Positions 10,674 through 19,250 of a stretch of DNA of 60,486 bases are shown here, one piece after another; position 1 is the first letter of the stretch; each line of letters starts with the position of its first letter. Location: the IMG/VR virus record IMGVR_UViG_3300025098_000017; one strand, written 5' to 3'. The position numbers and the translations under genes are program-made. The stretch is from an uncultured virus (IMG/VR IMGVR_UViG_3300025098_000017). Its lineage: Duplodnaviria; Heunggongvirae; Uroviricota; Caudoviricetes; Kyanoviridae. Under the pieces are notes generated by a model. It searched no databases, had not been told where the DNA came from, and saw only the letters and a list, made by a program, of their open reading frames with translations.

Positions 10674-11996
10674 TTAGAATCCTGCGTAGAAAAATTGTTG
10701 TTGTCTGGTTCTACCAGTCAGGGTTTGACCACCAATACCAGCACCGAAGTTTACGTCTTCAGCAGTAACGTTTTCTGTAGAAAGAAGTGTAGCATCCGAA
10801 TCAGGGAATCGAATAACTCTATCTGCAGTAATATTATCAGCACGAATAGTAACACTAAAAGAAGAATCAGCAGCATCAGAAATGCCTGGTTGTACCAATT
10901 CTTTATCAGATAACTTCTGTGTTGCTAATGTAGTGACTAACGTATTGTTATCACTAATAGTTGTATTTAGGTCATCAGTCTCAGGGAATTCAAATACTCT
11001 ATTAGTAGTAGTGTTTTGATTCGCTGTACTGAAGGTTGCTCTCTTTGTAACATCCCCACTATCATTAAGAATTAGGTTCTCAATCGTTTTGTTAGTTAAC
11101 GACTGAGTAGTATCAAGACCAACTAAAGTTAAACTTAAATCGGGAACTGTAATTGTTCTATTGTCAGTTAATGAATCAGTGTTAATGATTACATATGGAG
11201 TACCTGCCTCAGAGTCAGTAGCAATCCTAGGGTCAACAAGTGTTTTGTTGAGAATCGTCTGAATAGATTTAGTATCCAGTAATGTAGAAGCAGTTGCAGT
11301 TGGTTCAGCAGTAGTTGTTACTGTTCCTGCATCAGGGAGAAAATACGATCTTCTAATTCCTGATGATATTGCCCAATTAATTTGAAAACTTGCTTCTTCC
11401 GAACCATCAACAATAACTAAATTGTCTTCATCAATGAGTAGGGTTTTATTCGTTAATGTTTGCTGAGTATCTGCACCAACTAACGTAGTTCCACTACCAG
11501 CAGATATAGAAGGGAATGTCATTGTTCGTAAGGAAGTTCCACTTCCTACAAGTCCAACCTCAAACTTTACTCGTGGACCCTGAGCATCTTCTAATTCAAA
11601 ATCACCATCAGCAATACGAAATCCACCAGCAACCTGAACAACACCTGTTCCCTTAGGAGACAATCTAATGTTGGAATTAGTTGCTGTCTCATCAACTGCA
11701 TTGATTGTTAATGTAGAAGTAACATCAATTACACTTCTACTAAACTCAATACCACCATCACCAAAACCAAGACCAATTTCATCATACTGAGTTTGATACA
11801 AACCCGTATCACGATCTAAGTCAAAGCACAAACCAGGTGCATTTTTTACTCCTTGTGCAACTCCTTTATGAAGTTGATTGACCTTTACCTTGCGGTTAGG
11901 AATCAATGGGTCCGATACAACTACAGGAAGAATCGCTTCTCCAGATAGATTCGCATCATCAATAGTTTCTAACTGAGAAATTTTTCTAGTTCCCAC
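10674..11996 (-). CDS. virion structural protein (fibre-like, TQTLTNKT repeats)
   Basis: GTG start; RKISQL N-terminus; APGLCFDLDRDTGLY; repeated QTLTNKT / R.ITVPD motifs. Confidence 0.65.
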   Translation of the reverse strand: MGTRKISQLETIDDANLSGEAILPVVVSDPLIPNRKVKVNQLHKGVAQGVKNAPGLCFDLDRDTGLYQTQYDEIGLGFGDGGIEFSRSVIDVTSTLTINAVDETATNSNIRLSPKGTGVVQVAGGFRIADGDFELEDAQGPRVKFEVGLVGSGTSLRTMTFPSISAGSGTTLVGADTQQTLTNKTLLIDEDNLVIVDGSEEASFQINWAISSGIRRSYFLPDAGTVTTTAEPTATASTLLDTKSIQTILNKTLVDPRIATDSEAGTPYVIINTDSLTDNRTITVPDLSLTLVGLDTTQSLTNKTIENLILNDSGDVTKRATFSTANQNTTTNRVFEFPETDDLNTTISDNNTLVTTLATQKLSDKELVQPGISDAADSSFSVTIRADNITADRVIRFPDSDATLLSTENVTAEDVNFGAGIGGQTLTGRTRQQQFFYAGF

Positions 11997-12023
11997 GGAA
12001 TAATCACACGATTTGCTACAAGT

Positions 12024-12164
12024 TTATTTATACGGGAACAATTCGTTGTATCTTAAGAATCTGCGTTTGCTAGGTTCTATACCAAAAGATTCGCAAACAG
12101 CAAGATAAGATTCCCATTCATCGTATAGATGTTCGGGTATAGTTTGTTCTTTTTCTTCCTTCAT
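12024..12164 (-). CDS. small hypothetical protein (46 aa, MKEEKEQTIPEHLYDEWESYLAVCESFGIEPSKRRFLRYNELFPYK)
   Basis: Translated by hand; TAATG coupling to the upstream gene; fills the gap. Confidence 0.6.
   Translation of the reverse strand: MKEEKEQTIPEHLYDEWESYLAVCESFGIEPSKRRFLRYNELFPYK
12025..12032 (-). promoter_or_regulatory. T4-type late promoter TATAAATA
   Basis: Exact consensus about 30 nt upstream of the structural operon start at 11996. Confidence 0.75.
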
Positions 12165-12814
12165 TATTCAAAAAATAAGACTACATTTACTCGATAAAAA
12201 TCACTAAAGAAATCATAATTATCTATGTGCATAGCATGAGGAAATAATTTTCCATCAAACATTACACACCTATTATATTTTGCTTTCAAATGTTTTACAA
12301 TAGTATATTCACTTTTAGATACCCATGGATTTGTACTCTCTGGTGCTTTGGGTTGTTCTCCTGTAGGGTGATATAAAACCGTACCCGAGAATTCATCATA
12401 AAATTCATTATTCAGAGATACGATTGCATTATATCCTCTATCTCTATGTGGCCACCAATAGTTATCGTTGATATTATTAAAAGAAGTTTTTAAAAATCTC
12501 GTAACATTACTGATAACAGATTTATCAATACTATGCAATCCTGCCTTCTGATTAATAAATTGACCTAGGTAATCATAATGCTTAGAAAATTGCTCATCAT
12601 ACTTACCAGTTAATTTTAATAGTGACCGTCTGTCTATGTAATGAACACCATTCATACTACCTTCTAAATTTGCTCTCCACAAATCAGGTAATGGTTCTAG
12701 GGCAAGATTGCGAATTAAATCTGGATACTTAAAATAATTTTCAATAGTAATAATCTTACTACCCATAAACTCTTCGGTAGTCAGATTCCATTCCCCGAAC
12801 TCAAACAGATTCAT
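12164..12814 (-). CDS. 2OG-Fe(II) oxygenase-like protein (DUF6445-like)
   Basis: IENYFKYPD.IR, WPHRD...YNRCVMFDG..FPHAM...R. Confidence 0.65.
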   Translation of the reverse strand: MNLFEFGEWNLTTEEFMGSKIITIENYFKYPDLIRNLALEPLPDLWRANLEGSMNGVHYIDRRSLLKLTGKYDEQFSKHYDYLGQFINQKAGLHSIDKSVISNVTRFLKTSFNNINDNYWWPHRDRGYNAIVSLNNEFYDEFSGTVLYHPTGEQPKAPESTNPWVSKSEYTIVKHLKAKYNRCVMFDGKLFPHAMHIDNYDFFSDFYRVNVVLFFE

Positions 12815-13286
12815 TTTCTAACCAGTACGCCATAGTATATCTATTTCCATTCAAAATTTCTGAGACGCTATGCGGCATAGTATATCCATTAAACAAAACT
12901 AATGTTCCTTGTTTTGGTGTAATCTTTAACTCTTGGTCAGTAAATTCTGTTTTGCCGCCATAGTAATTGTCATTGAGATATACAATAGCACTCCACTCAT
13001 CAACAGAAAAATCTTTATGCGATTTCATTTTTGATTTAGGACCCCACTTCACAATCTCAAAATTATGAACTTCAAACTTGGTCTTAGATAGCACTTCAGC
13101 ATAATCAACTACTCGTGAATGAATATAATCAAATTCATTAAATCCCTGAAAATGATGCAATTGAAGAGGGTATGATTGATTGTATTCATGCAGAAATGTT
13201 TTATCTTTATTTGCCTCATAAAAAGACATTACAGCAAAGCATTCTGCTGAAGACAAAAAATCGTATTGTAAATAGATGCCTTTCAT
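12801..13286 (-). CDS. 2OG-Fe(II) oxygenase (prolyl-4-hydroxylase-like)
   Basis: HKD...SAIVYLNDNYYGG.TEF...PKQGTLVLF...HSVSEI..G.RYT. Confidence 0.85.
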   Translation of the reverse strand: MKGIYLQYDFLSSAECFAVMSFYEANKDKTFLHEYNQSYPLQLHHFQGFNEFDYIHSRVVDYAEVLSKTKFEVHNFEIVKWGPKSKMKSHKDFSVDEWSAIVYLNDNYYGGKTEFTDQELKITPKQGTLVLFNGYTMPHSVSEILNGNRYTMAYWLENESV

Positions 13287-13906
13287 TGATAATAATACTG
13301 GTGGGTGTAATCTGTTACATTTGAAACTGGCATGATGTTACAACTAAGAGATATTCTTCGTTCATTGCTAGGAAAATCTCCATTCTGCACACCATGTTCT
13401 AACCAAGAAGGGAAGAAAATTAATAATCCTTCTTCTGGTAAAATATCTATAGTTCTTTTAGAAAATGCATTTTCTTTTTCATATTCAAAAAATGTTGGTA
13501 GTAATCCAGGACGAGGGTCTCTAACTCCAAAATTTCCTGGCGATGGTTGAGGACAATTAAGATATAGTACAACACTATAGTAAGAGTTTGCATGTAAATG
13601 CATTTGATGCTTATTTTCTGCACGAGATATATTTGACCACATACAAACAACCTTTTCAGATTCTCTCACCAATCCAAGGTCGTCAAATACTTCTTTGGAT
13701 TTAGACAGAATAAGTTTAGACAAACCCATAAAAGGTTCTTGTATATGCAAATTATCGTCTGTAGTCACTGAAAGGTCGTTAGGTCTTGCTTTGCAATCCC
13801 ATTCAGCAGCAATATTTTCTAATGCTTTTTTACATTCTAAAAATTCTTTGGTAGTACCAATATTAAAGAAATGTAATGGTGTTGGAAATACTTCTAGTTT
13901 TTTCAT
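13283..13906 (-). CDS. 2OG-Fe(II) oxygenase-like protein (TIGR02466-type)
   Basis: FPTP, MWSN, HLHANS, DPRP, GLLIFFPSWLEHGV, RISLSCN; start reassigned to ATG 13906 because the longer ORF call runs through tRNA-Asn. Confidence 0.8.
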   Translation of the reverse strand: MKKLEVFPTPLHFFNIGTTKEFLECKKALENIAAEWDCKARPNDLSVTTDDNLHIQEPFMGLSKLILSKSKEVFDDLGLVRESEKVVCMWSNISRAENKHQMHLHANSYYSVVLYLNCPQPSPGNFGVRDPRPGLLPTFFEYEKENAFSKRTIDILPEEGLLIFFPSWLEHGVQNGDFPSNERRISLSCNIMPVSNVTDYTHQYYYQ

Positions 13907-13908
13907 AA

Positions 13909-13980
13909 CTCCCCCTCCTGGGATCGAACCAGGGACAAATTGATTAACAGTCAACCGCTCTACCGCTGAGCTAAGGAGGA
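13909..13980 (-). tRNA. trnN: tRNA-Asn(GTT), no encoded CCA
   Basis: Cloverleaf TCCTCCT TAGCTCAGCGGTAGAGC G GTTGA CTGTTAA TCAAT ... CCTGG TTCGATC CCAGG AGGGGGA G. Confidence 0.95.
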
Positions 13981-13985
13981 TTGAG

Positions 13986-14057
13986 AGCCTCTGACAAGAT
14001 TTGAACTTGCGACCTGAGCTTTACAAAAGCCCTGCTCTACCACTGAGCTACGGAGGC
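13986..14057 (-). tRNA. trnT: tRNA-Thr(TGT), no encoded CCA
   Basis: GCCTCCG TAGCTCAGTGGTAGAGC A GGGCT TTTGTAA AGCTC ... GCAAG TTCAAAT CTTGT CAGAGGC T; one C-A mismatch in the acceptor stem. Confidence 0.9.
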
Positions 14058-14245
14058 ATTTTATCATACTCTTTCTTCGTTTTGAAGTAGAGTTTATAGT
14101 AGGGTTTTTTCATTTCATCGAGGATTTTCATATCCTCTTCAAAACCCATCCACTTACAAAGTTGATAGGATCCCTCTAACTCACTAATTAACCTTAGTAT
14201 GTTAGCAGGATGCCTTTCAAGACCACCAAAGTCATATTTACCCAT
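14048..14245 (-). CDS. hypothetical protein
   Basis: 65-aa ORF; stop codon lies inside the 5' end of tRNA-Thr. Confidence 0.6.
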   Translation of the reverse strand: MGKYDFGGLERHPANILRLISELEGSYQLCKWMGFEEDMKILDEMKKPYYKLYFKTKKEYDKMPP

Positions 14246-14251
14246 GTGCTG

Positions 14252-14509
14252 TTAAAGTCCATCCGTGACTATAGGAGTAGAGAGACTTGAACTCTCACGA
14301 GCATATTGCTCAACAGATTTTAAGTCTGGTGCGTCTACCGATTCCGCCACACTCCCATCGGGGTTGTAGATTGGAGGATGAAATGCACAATACTCATTGA
14401 ATGTGATTTTCATTTCCTTCTCAGTAAGGTTAGCATTTTTTGCTGCCTTTGGCAAGTTCCATTTTGCTGACCAAAGATTTTCCATTGATTCGCGGGTTTC
14501 AGGTCTCAT
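14252..14509 (-). CDS. hypothetical protein whose frame reads through tRNA-Leu
   Basis: ATGA coupling with the upstream gene; protein-like N-terminus WSAKWNLPKAA. Confidence 0.6.
   Translation of the reverse strand: MRPETRESMENLWSAKWNLPKAAKNANLTEKEMKITFNEYCAFHPPIYNPDGSVAESVDAPDLKSVEQYARESSSLSTPIVTDGL
14272..14356 (-). tRNA. trnL: tRNA-Leu(TAA), long variable arm, no encoded CCA
   Basis: GGGAGTG TGGCGGAATCGGTAGACGC A CCAGA CTTAAAA TCTGT ... GAGAG TTCAAGT CTCTC TACTCCT A. Confidence 0.93.
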
Positions 14510-14919
14510 AGGTACTTAGGATAAACTTGATAAACGTAATCTTTGGGTTGTAGATTGTATCTAGTGATTTCTTTTAAGGCATGTTCATGACAAACAAACC
14601 AGCATAATCGTTTTTGTTTTTTTATTTCCAGACGATAGGGAAATGTCTTATGAGGAAATAGTTCTTGCTTACGACTATTTTTGGGTTCAATAACTTTCTT
14701 TCGTGATGTCGTCTTCTTGGATGAGTTCGTTGTACCAGAAGTCTTCGATGTCTTCTTGGGTTGCTTCGGAGATGCCAGTTTCTCCAGATTCTTTTTCAAA
14801 TTCTGCTGAGTCTTGACGGAGGCACTCGTCGAAGAAGTTTTTGAAGTCTTCTTCCGTCCAGTTGTTGAGGATGCTTTCAATCGGGTCGTTTTCGTCCCAT
14901 TCGATTTCGAGTTTGCCAT
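14506..14919 (-). CDS. hypothetical protein with basic low-complexity N-terminus
   Basis: TGATG coupling to the 14919-15275 stop; globular-looking C-terminus FPYRLE...CWF.C.EH; overlaps 14687-14941. Confidence 0.55.
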   Translation of the reverse strand: MANSKSNGTKTTRLKASSTTGRKKTSKTSSTSASVKTQQNLKKNLEKLASPKQPKKTSKTSGTTNSSKKTTSRKKVIEPKNSRKQELFPHKTFPYRLEIKKQKRLCWFVCHEHALKEITRYNLQPKDYVYQVYPKYL

Positions 14920-14941
14920 CAGGCAGTTCTTTCACGTTCAT
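14687..14941 (-). CDS. acidic hypothetical protein
   Basis: SD GAGGT 5 nt before ATG; DG.LEIEWDENDP...N.WTEEDF pattern. Confidence 0.65.
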   Translation of the reverse strand: MNVKELPDGKLEIEWDENDPIESILNNWTEEDFKNFFDECLRQDSAEFEKESGETGISEATQEDIEDFWYNELIQEDDITKESY

Positions 14942-15275
14942 GTGTTACCTCAGTAATTATACCACGAGTAAAGGTTAAAAAGCAAGATGGAAATGGTGCG
15001 TAGTAACAATCCCATTTGGCAGGAAATACTTCTACTACACCATTCCAGTAAATTGGTTTGACTTTACCATGATTGCCATTGGCAACATATGAAGTAAAAT
15101 CTTGATTGAAATCTTGTGTATGTGAGTAATCAACTTCATACAGTTTACCTGTAGGGTCAATCCAATAATCATACATCATACACTCCAAATCTTTTGTTTG
15201 GAGGTCTTTTCTGTTGTAACCTGGTCCTAAATCAAAAGAAGACCGAACAGTGTCGTACAATCCCATTAAAGTCAT
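14919..15275 (-). CDS. hypothetical protein
   Basis: MGLYDTVRSSFDLG...QTKDLEC..YWIDP.G.LY; ATGA coupling. Confidence 0.65.
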   Translation of the reverse strand: MTLMGLYDTVRSSFDLGPGYNRKDLQTKDLECMMYDYWIDPTGKLYEVDYSHTQDFNQDFTSYVANGNHGKVKPIYWNGVVEVFPAKWDCYYAPFPSCFLTFTRGIITEVTHERERTA

Positions 15276-15448
15276 CCCTCCTTCTTGAATAGTTTACGAC
15301 ACTTTTTGACTTCTTTGAGTTCATCCTTAATCATCTGATAGGCATCTTCAGGTGATATTTTTCTTGCCATTTCCATAGCAGTGAGAATTTCAACTCTAGT
15401 ACCAAAATGTTTGAGTGCTTCCTCAAAACAATTTAGTTCTTCATACAT
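15272..15448 (-). CDS. small hypothetical protein (58 aa, MYEELNCFEEALKHFGTRVEIL...KKEG)
   Basis: Translated by hand; fills the gap; stop overlaps the next ATG (ATGA). Confidence 0.65.
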   Translation of the reverse strand: MYEELNCFEEALKHFGTRVEILTAMEMARKISPEDAYQMIKDELKEVKKCRKLFKKEG

Positions 15449-15490
15449 GTTTTATTTCACGGGTTCTCTATATAGTTGCCTTTATAGAAC

Positions 15491-16159
15491 CTAGTTTTTA
15501 ATGTATCCTGAATCTATCAGATACTTACGTGTTAGTGGGGTAGGAGGATAGACTTCCCACATACTACCACCAGCACAGGCAGCAAGAGCATTCATTGTCA
15601 TGTTCTCAGTTCTACCTGCCCAACCTGCTTCTGCTTCCCATGGCACAGCAGACTTAGGGTATGTACGTTCTGCTAACACACGCCAAATCATAGGAACTTC
15701 ATCCTCTGGTTTGATGATAGCAATCAGACTGTTATCAATCGTGCCTGCCATACAATCTTGTGCAGCGTGCCATCCTTCATGACGCATAACCATCATCAGA
15801 GTACTAGGTTGTCCCATAAAATTCTTATTGAGAAAGAAGTTGTTAGAGACAGTATGATATACTCCACGATGTCCTGCGGGGAAATACTTCTCATCAGCAA
15901 GGAATACATTCACACCAATCTGATTGAGTGAGTGTAACATATTATGAAACTCACCAGTCACACCAGTGAATTCTTCCATGTTATCGTATTCTGATGAGAT
16001 ATCAAGCATAGAATATACTTTCTTGACACCATCAGTACATTCACCCAACAACATACATCCCAAGGAATGATTAGTCCTGTATTCACTCTCCATAATAGGT
16101 TCTGCCATTACAGGAGCAGCAAGACATGCTGCCATCAAAGTTAGAATAATCTTTTTCAT
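15491..16159 (-). CDS. secreted zincin-like metallopeptidase-domain protein
   Basis: Signal peptide; HEGWH (HExxH) motif and downstream EAEA. Confidence 0.6.
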   Translation of the reverse strand: MKKIILTLMAACLAAPVMAEPIMESEYRTNHSLGCMLLGECTDGVKKVYSMLDISSEYDNMEEFTGVTGEFHNMLHSLNQIGVNVFLADEKYFPAGHRGVYHTVSNNFFLNKNFMGQPSTLMMVMRHEGWHAAQDCMAGTIDNSLIAIIKPEDEVPMIWRVLAERTYPKSAVPWEAEAGWAGRTENMTMNALAACAGGSMWEVYPPTPLTRKYLIDSGYIKN

Positions 16160-16160
16160 T

Positions 16161-16379
16161 TTAATTAGGTTGGTCTAAAAACTGTTTGCGAAATTCTTCT
16201 ACCTGGTCAATTACTTCCTCCGATAAGGGAGGTCCTGACTGAACAACTGGCGCAAGAATTACAGCAGCACCATCAGGTCTTTCGATACGCCAAACGCAAC
16301 GATTGCGCTCACACATATCAACCAGAAACTCAAAGTACTTTTCTGCTTCTTCCAGTGTTACAGAGATGGGTTCGTTCAT
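16161..16379 (-). CDS. hypothetical protein, Phd/YefM-antitoxin-like pattern
   Basis: VTLEEAEKYFEFLVDMCE...WRIERPDGAAVILAPV resembles the Phd beta-alpha-alpha-beta-beta pattern. Confidence 0.45.
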   Translation of the reverse strand: MNEPISVTLEEAEKYFEFLVDMCERNRCVWRIERPDGAAVILAPVVQSGPPLSEEVIDQVEEFRKQFLDQPN

Positions 16380-16570
16380 TTTACAGCAAAGCAATAGGTA
16401 ATCATATCATTATCAACAATCTCTTGTATTTGAGAGATTGTTTCAGAGAAACCTTCAGCACCTATAGAATTAAAGTTCCATCGAACATCCTTCTCATAAC
16501 CTTCATCATCTACGAGAGTCACCTTTCGTTTTGAGAAGTCTACAAAGATGTGTGCGAGGGCGTCGGTCAT
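16376..16570 (-). CDS. hypothetical protein
   Basis: First gene after a sigma70-type promoter; start set at ATG 16570. Confidence 0.6.
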   Translation of the reverse strand: MTDALAHIFVDFSKRKVTLVDDEGYEKDVRWNFNSIGAEGFSETISQIQEIVDNDMITYCFAVK

Positions 16571-16591
16571 AGTTCTTTGAGTTGCTCCCAT

Positions 16592-16620
16592 ATCATAGCA
16601 CAGGAAGCAACGGTTGTCAA
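16592..16620 (-). promoter_or_regulatory. sigma70-type early promoter TTGACA-N17-TATGAT
   Basis: Near consensus with 17-bp spacer; -35 overlaps the gp5 stop. Confidence 0.75.
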
Positions 16621-19148
16621 TTCAAGAAGATAGACTTACCTGAAACGCGAACGATACCCTCTGAACTGAGGTTGAGTGCTCCTAATGCGTCAATGGTGCC
16701 AACGGTACTTGAAGAGATCCTAAACAGACCTGCAACAACATCAACGTTGAATGCTCCAGTGGTAACACTACAGTTATATCCAGTTGCACCGCAGGTAAAA
16801 TTAACAGGACCAGAGGGGTTAATGACATTAAATCTAGGAACTGCATCAGCAGCAGAACCTCCAGGAGTAATAATATAGTCTACAGAACCTCTAACAGAGT
16901 TAAAGATACCAGACTTAGCAGAAATTGGATTTGTAGTTGGAAAGTTAATAAAGTGATATTCCGATACAGTATTGAATTCAATGGAGTTATTGGCATTAAT
17001 CATAATCTCACCGCCAGAATAACTTTGATTCATACAAGAAACTTCTAAAGATGAACCTGCAATTTTATTAGCCTGTGAAGCAAGTTCAATTTCGGATGCT
17101 TGTAATCCTAATTTACCTCCAGCAACATTAAAATCAAGGTCAGAACCAAGTCTGATAGTATGCTTTTGAATTTTTTCATTTTGTGAAGCACCATTTTTAG
17201 GTGCCACTGTTGGTGCTCCTTCAGCAGACATAAAGAATCCACCACCAACTTCAAGATGGCAATCCCCAGTAATTTTTAGATGATAACTCCCATCAATAGT
17301 ACGAACATAATCACCATCAACAAGTTTGCAATCATCACCATGAACTTCTTGTGTATAGTTACCAGCATAAGAAGAGTGGTCAGCAACTAAATTACCAGTA
17401 TCACCTTTACTACCTGCATTTTTCTTAACATAACTGTTATATTTTTTATCTAGTTCTTCCTGGGTGATATCAGGATTACTCTTTCTAAGTTGTCTTAAAA
17501 ATTGATACTCAGAGAAAGAGGAGTTATTATAATTTACTGACGTATGAGTAGTACCATTTTCAGATTTTTTAACAGTTGCTTGACGCCCTGGAGTACCAAC
17601 ATGCAATTCATATGCACCATTGATAAAAGTTTTTGCCGCAGTTAAATATGGGTCTGCTTCTTTATAAAGACTATCCCAAAGACTGGCACCAGCATCATTA
17701 CTTCCACAATCTCCTCTTTGTCTTCCCCTAATTCTATTAATTTCATCTAACTCAGCATCAGTACAGTGAGTGACACCAAACATAGGGAACCAACCTACAG
17801 TATCCTTTCCGCCATGTGCTTCACGATTACAACCTGACGAAAAGAAATTTAGGAAGAATGAAATCAAACCTGTGATGTTGCTGATTCCTTGTTGGATTAA
17901 GTCTGTACCTTCTTCAAAAATCTTACTTCCTTCCTTCCAGGTTTCAATGATAGCTTGTACCTGCTCGAAACCTTGTACAAGGTCAACAACAGTTGATACA
18001 ACATCCTGCATGGTGTTGATAATGCTCTGGACCTGACAGATTACAGAATCGATAACATCCTGAACTCCTTGCAATACCATTTCTGCTTTACTAATAGCAG
18101 CATCCAAAAATCCTTCTACAAGACTAACAACAGAACCAATAGGGTCTGAGATATATCCCATCAACTTACTATCTTCAAGGCACAGAGCAGAAAGAATTTG
18201 TTGAATTGCTTGCTGAATAATAGTATAGATGATATATGGTGCTCCCGTAGCACCACCCAATAAACTAGCAATTGATAATTGTTCTGTAAGTTGGGAAAAT
18301 TGCTGTCGTATAGCAGAAATGACTTGAGTAAATACACTACTTAAAAAGTTTTGCAACTTTGATGTAAGCATTTCTGCAGTAACTAACTTACCACTAACAA
18401 CATCTAGAAAATTACCACTCTCATTCTTAACAAGACTGCCTGCAGTGTTAGCAATATCCTCAACCAGATAACTTAACTTATATTCTAAAGTTTTCCAAGG
18501 TCCACCAACACCATTACCAGCAGGAATTGGTTTTTCAGGATTTCTAGGTTTTTGTGAATTGCTAGAACTACCAGCAATTCCAGGTTGAGTACCAATATTT
18601 GCTGGTTGACCAATTCCACCAGGAGCAACAGTTTTAGAATTAGGAAGTGCTACTGAGTTATTCTGATTACCTGCTCTATGAGTAGACTTTAGAATATTTG
18701 TTTCACCAGGAGGAAGTTGACCTGCTCCAGGAGCAAGTCCTGGTTGCATTTTTTCTCCTGTAAATGCAAACTCCTTAGTATCTTGACTATCTCCGTTTTT
18801 ATTTACGCGAAGAACTCCCATTACAAGAGGCATTTGTGCGCTTTCGCCATCGAGGAAAAACCCCATAACAATTGCACCAGGTTGCAACTGACCAGAACTT
18901 TCACCCTGAGAATCATTACCTGCTTGTGAAGTATGCTGCATCACTGTTGCCCAAGGTAATGCTTCTGTAGGCAAGTCTGTTGTCGTTCCTCCTCTTACAT
19001 TTGTATAGTATCCAAGAACTCGAACCTTTACTCGACCCAACTCCATAGGATCTTCAACATCTTCTACTTCACCAACCCACCAGAAAAATCCATCCTTACC
19101 GACGAAATTTACTGTAGGTTCATTAATGATACCGTCAATGGTTTGCAT
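16617..19148 (-). CDS. gp5: baseplate hub/central spike protein gp5 (OB fold plus beta-helix; no evident lysozyme domain)
   Basis: FFWWVGEVEDVEDPMELGRVKVRVLGYY...LPWA...GFFLDG..Q.P.VMG; C-terminal VxGD repeats. Confidence 0.85.
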   Translation of the reverse strand: MQTIDGIINEPTVNFVGKDGFFWWVGEVEDVEDPMELGRVKVRVLGYYTNVRGGTTTDLPTEALPWATVMQHTSQAGNDSQGESSGQLQPGAIVMGFFLDGESAQMPLVMGVLRVNKNGDSQDTKEFAFTGEKMQPGLAPGAGQLPPGETNILKSTHRAGNQNNSVALPNSKTVAPGGIGQPANIGTQPGIAGSSSNSQKPRNPEKPIPAGNGVGGPWKTLEYKLSYLVEDIANTAGSLVKNESGNFLDVVSGKLVTAEMLTSKLQNFLSSVFTQVISAIRQQFSQLTEQLSIASLLGGATGAPYIIYTIIQQAIQQILSALCLEDSKLMGYISDPIGSVVSLVEGFLDAAISKAEMVLQGVQDVIDSVICQVQSIINTMQDVVSTVVDLVQGFEQVQAIIETWKEGSKIFEEGTDLIQQGISNITGLISFFLNFFSSGCNREAHGGKDTVGWFPMFGVTHCTDAELDEINRIRGRQRGDCGSNDAGASLWDSLYKEADPYLTAAKTFINGAYELHVGTPGRQATVKKSENGTTHTSVNYNNSSFSEYQFLRQLRKSNPDITQEELDKKYNSYVKKNAGSKGDTGNLVADHSSYAGNYTQEVHGDDCKLVDGDYVRTIDGSYHLKITGDCHLEVGGGFFMSAEGAPTVAPKNGASQNEKIQKHTIRLGSDLDFNVAGGKLGLQASEIELASQANKIAGSSLEVSCMNQSYSGGEIMINANNSIEFNTVSEYHFINFPTTNPISAKSGIFNSVRGSVDYIITPGGSAADAVPRFNVINPSGPVNFTCGATGYNCSVTTGAFNVDVVAGLFRISSSTVGTIDALGALNLSSEGIVRVSGKSIFLN

Positions 19149-19172
19149 CGATTCAATAATCTATAACATTTT

Positions 19173-19180
19173 TATTTATG
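19173..19180 (-). promoter_or_regulatory. late promoter CATAAATA for gp5, overlapping the tRNA-Val 3' end
   Basis: NATAAATA motif 25 nt upstream of the gp5 ATG. Confidence 0.6.
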
Positions 19181-19250
19181 GGCGAAGAGGGGATCGAACC
19201 CCCGACAACCTCCGTGTAAAGGAGACACTCTACCGCTGAGTTATTCGCCC
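19179..19250 (-). tRNA. trnV: tRNA-Val(TAC), no encoded CCA
   Basis: GGGCGAA TAACTCAGCGGTAGAGT G TCTCC TTTACAC GGAGG ... GGGGG TTCGATC CCCTC TTCGCCC A. Confidence 0.95.

Noticed and set aside
13907..13954. N-terminal extension (MTVNQFVPGSIPGGGV) of the 223-aa ORF call
   Set aside because: It is translated tRNA-Asn sequence; the ATG at 13906 has the SD and a typical family start
13986..14057. tRNA-Thr as a pseudogene because of the C-A acceptor mismatch
   Set aside because: Single mismatch; all other arms and conserved bases are intact
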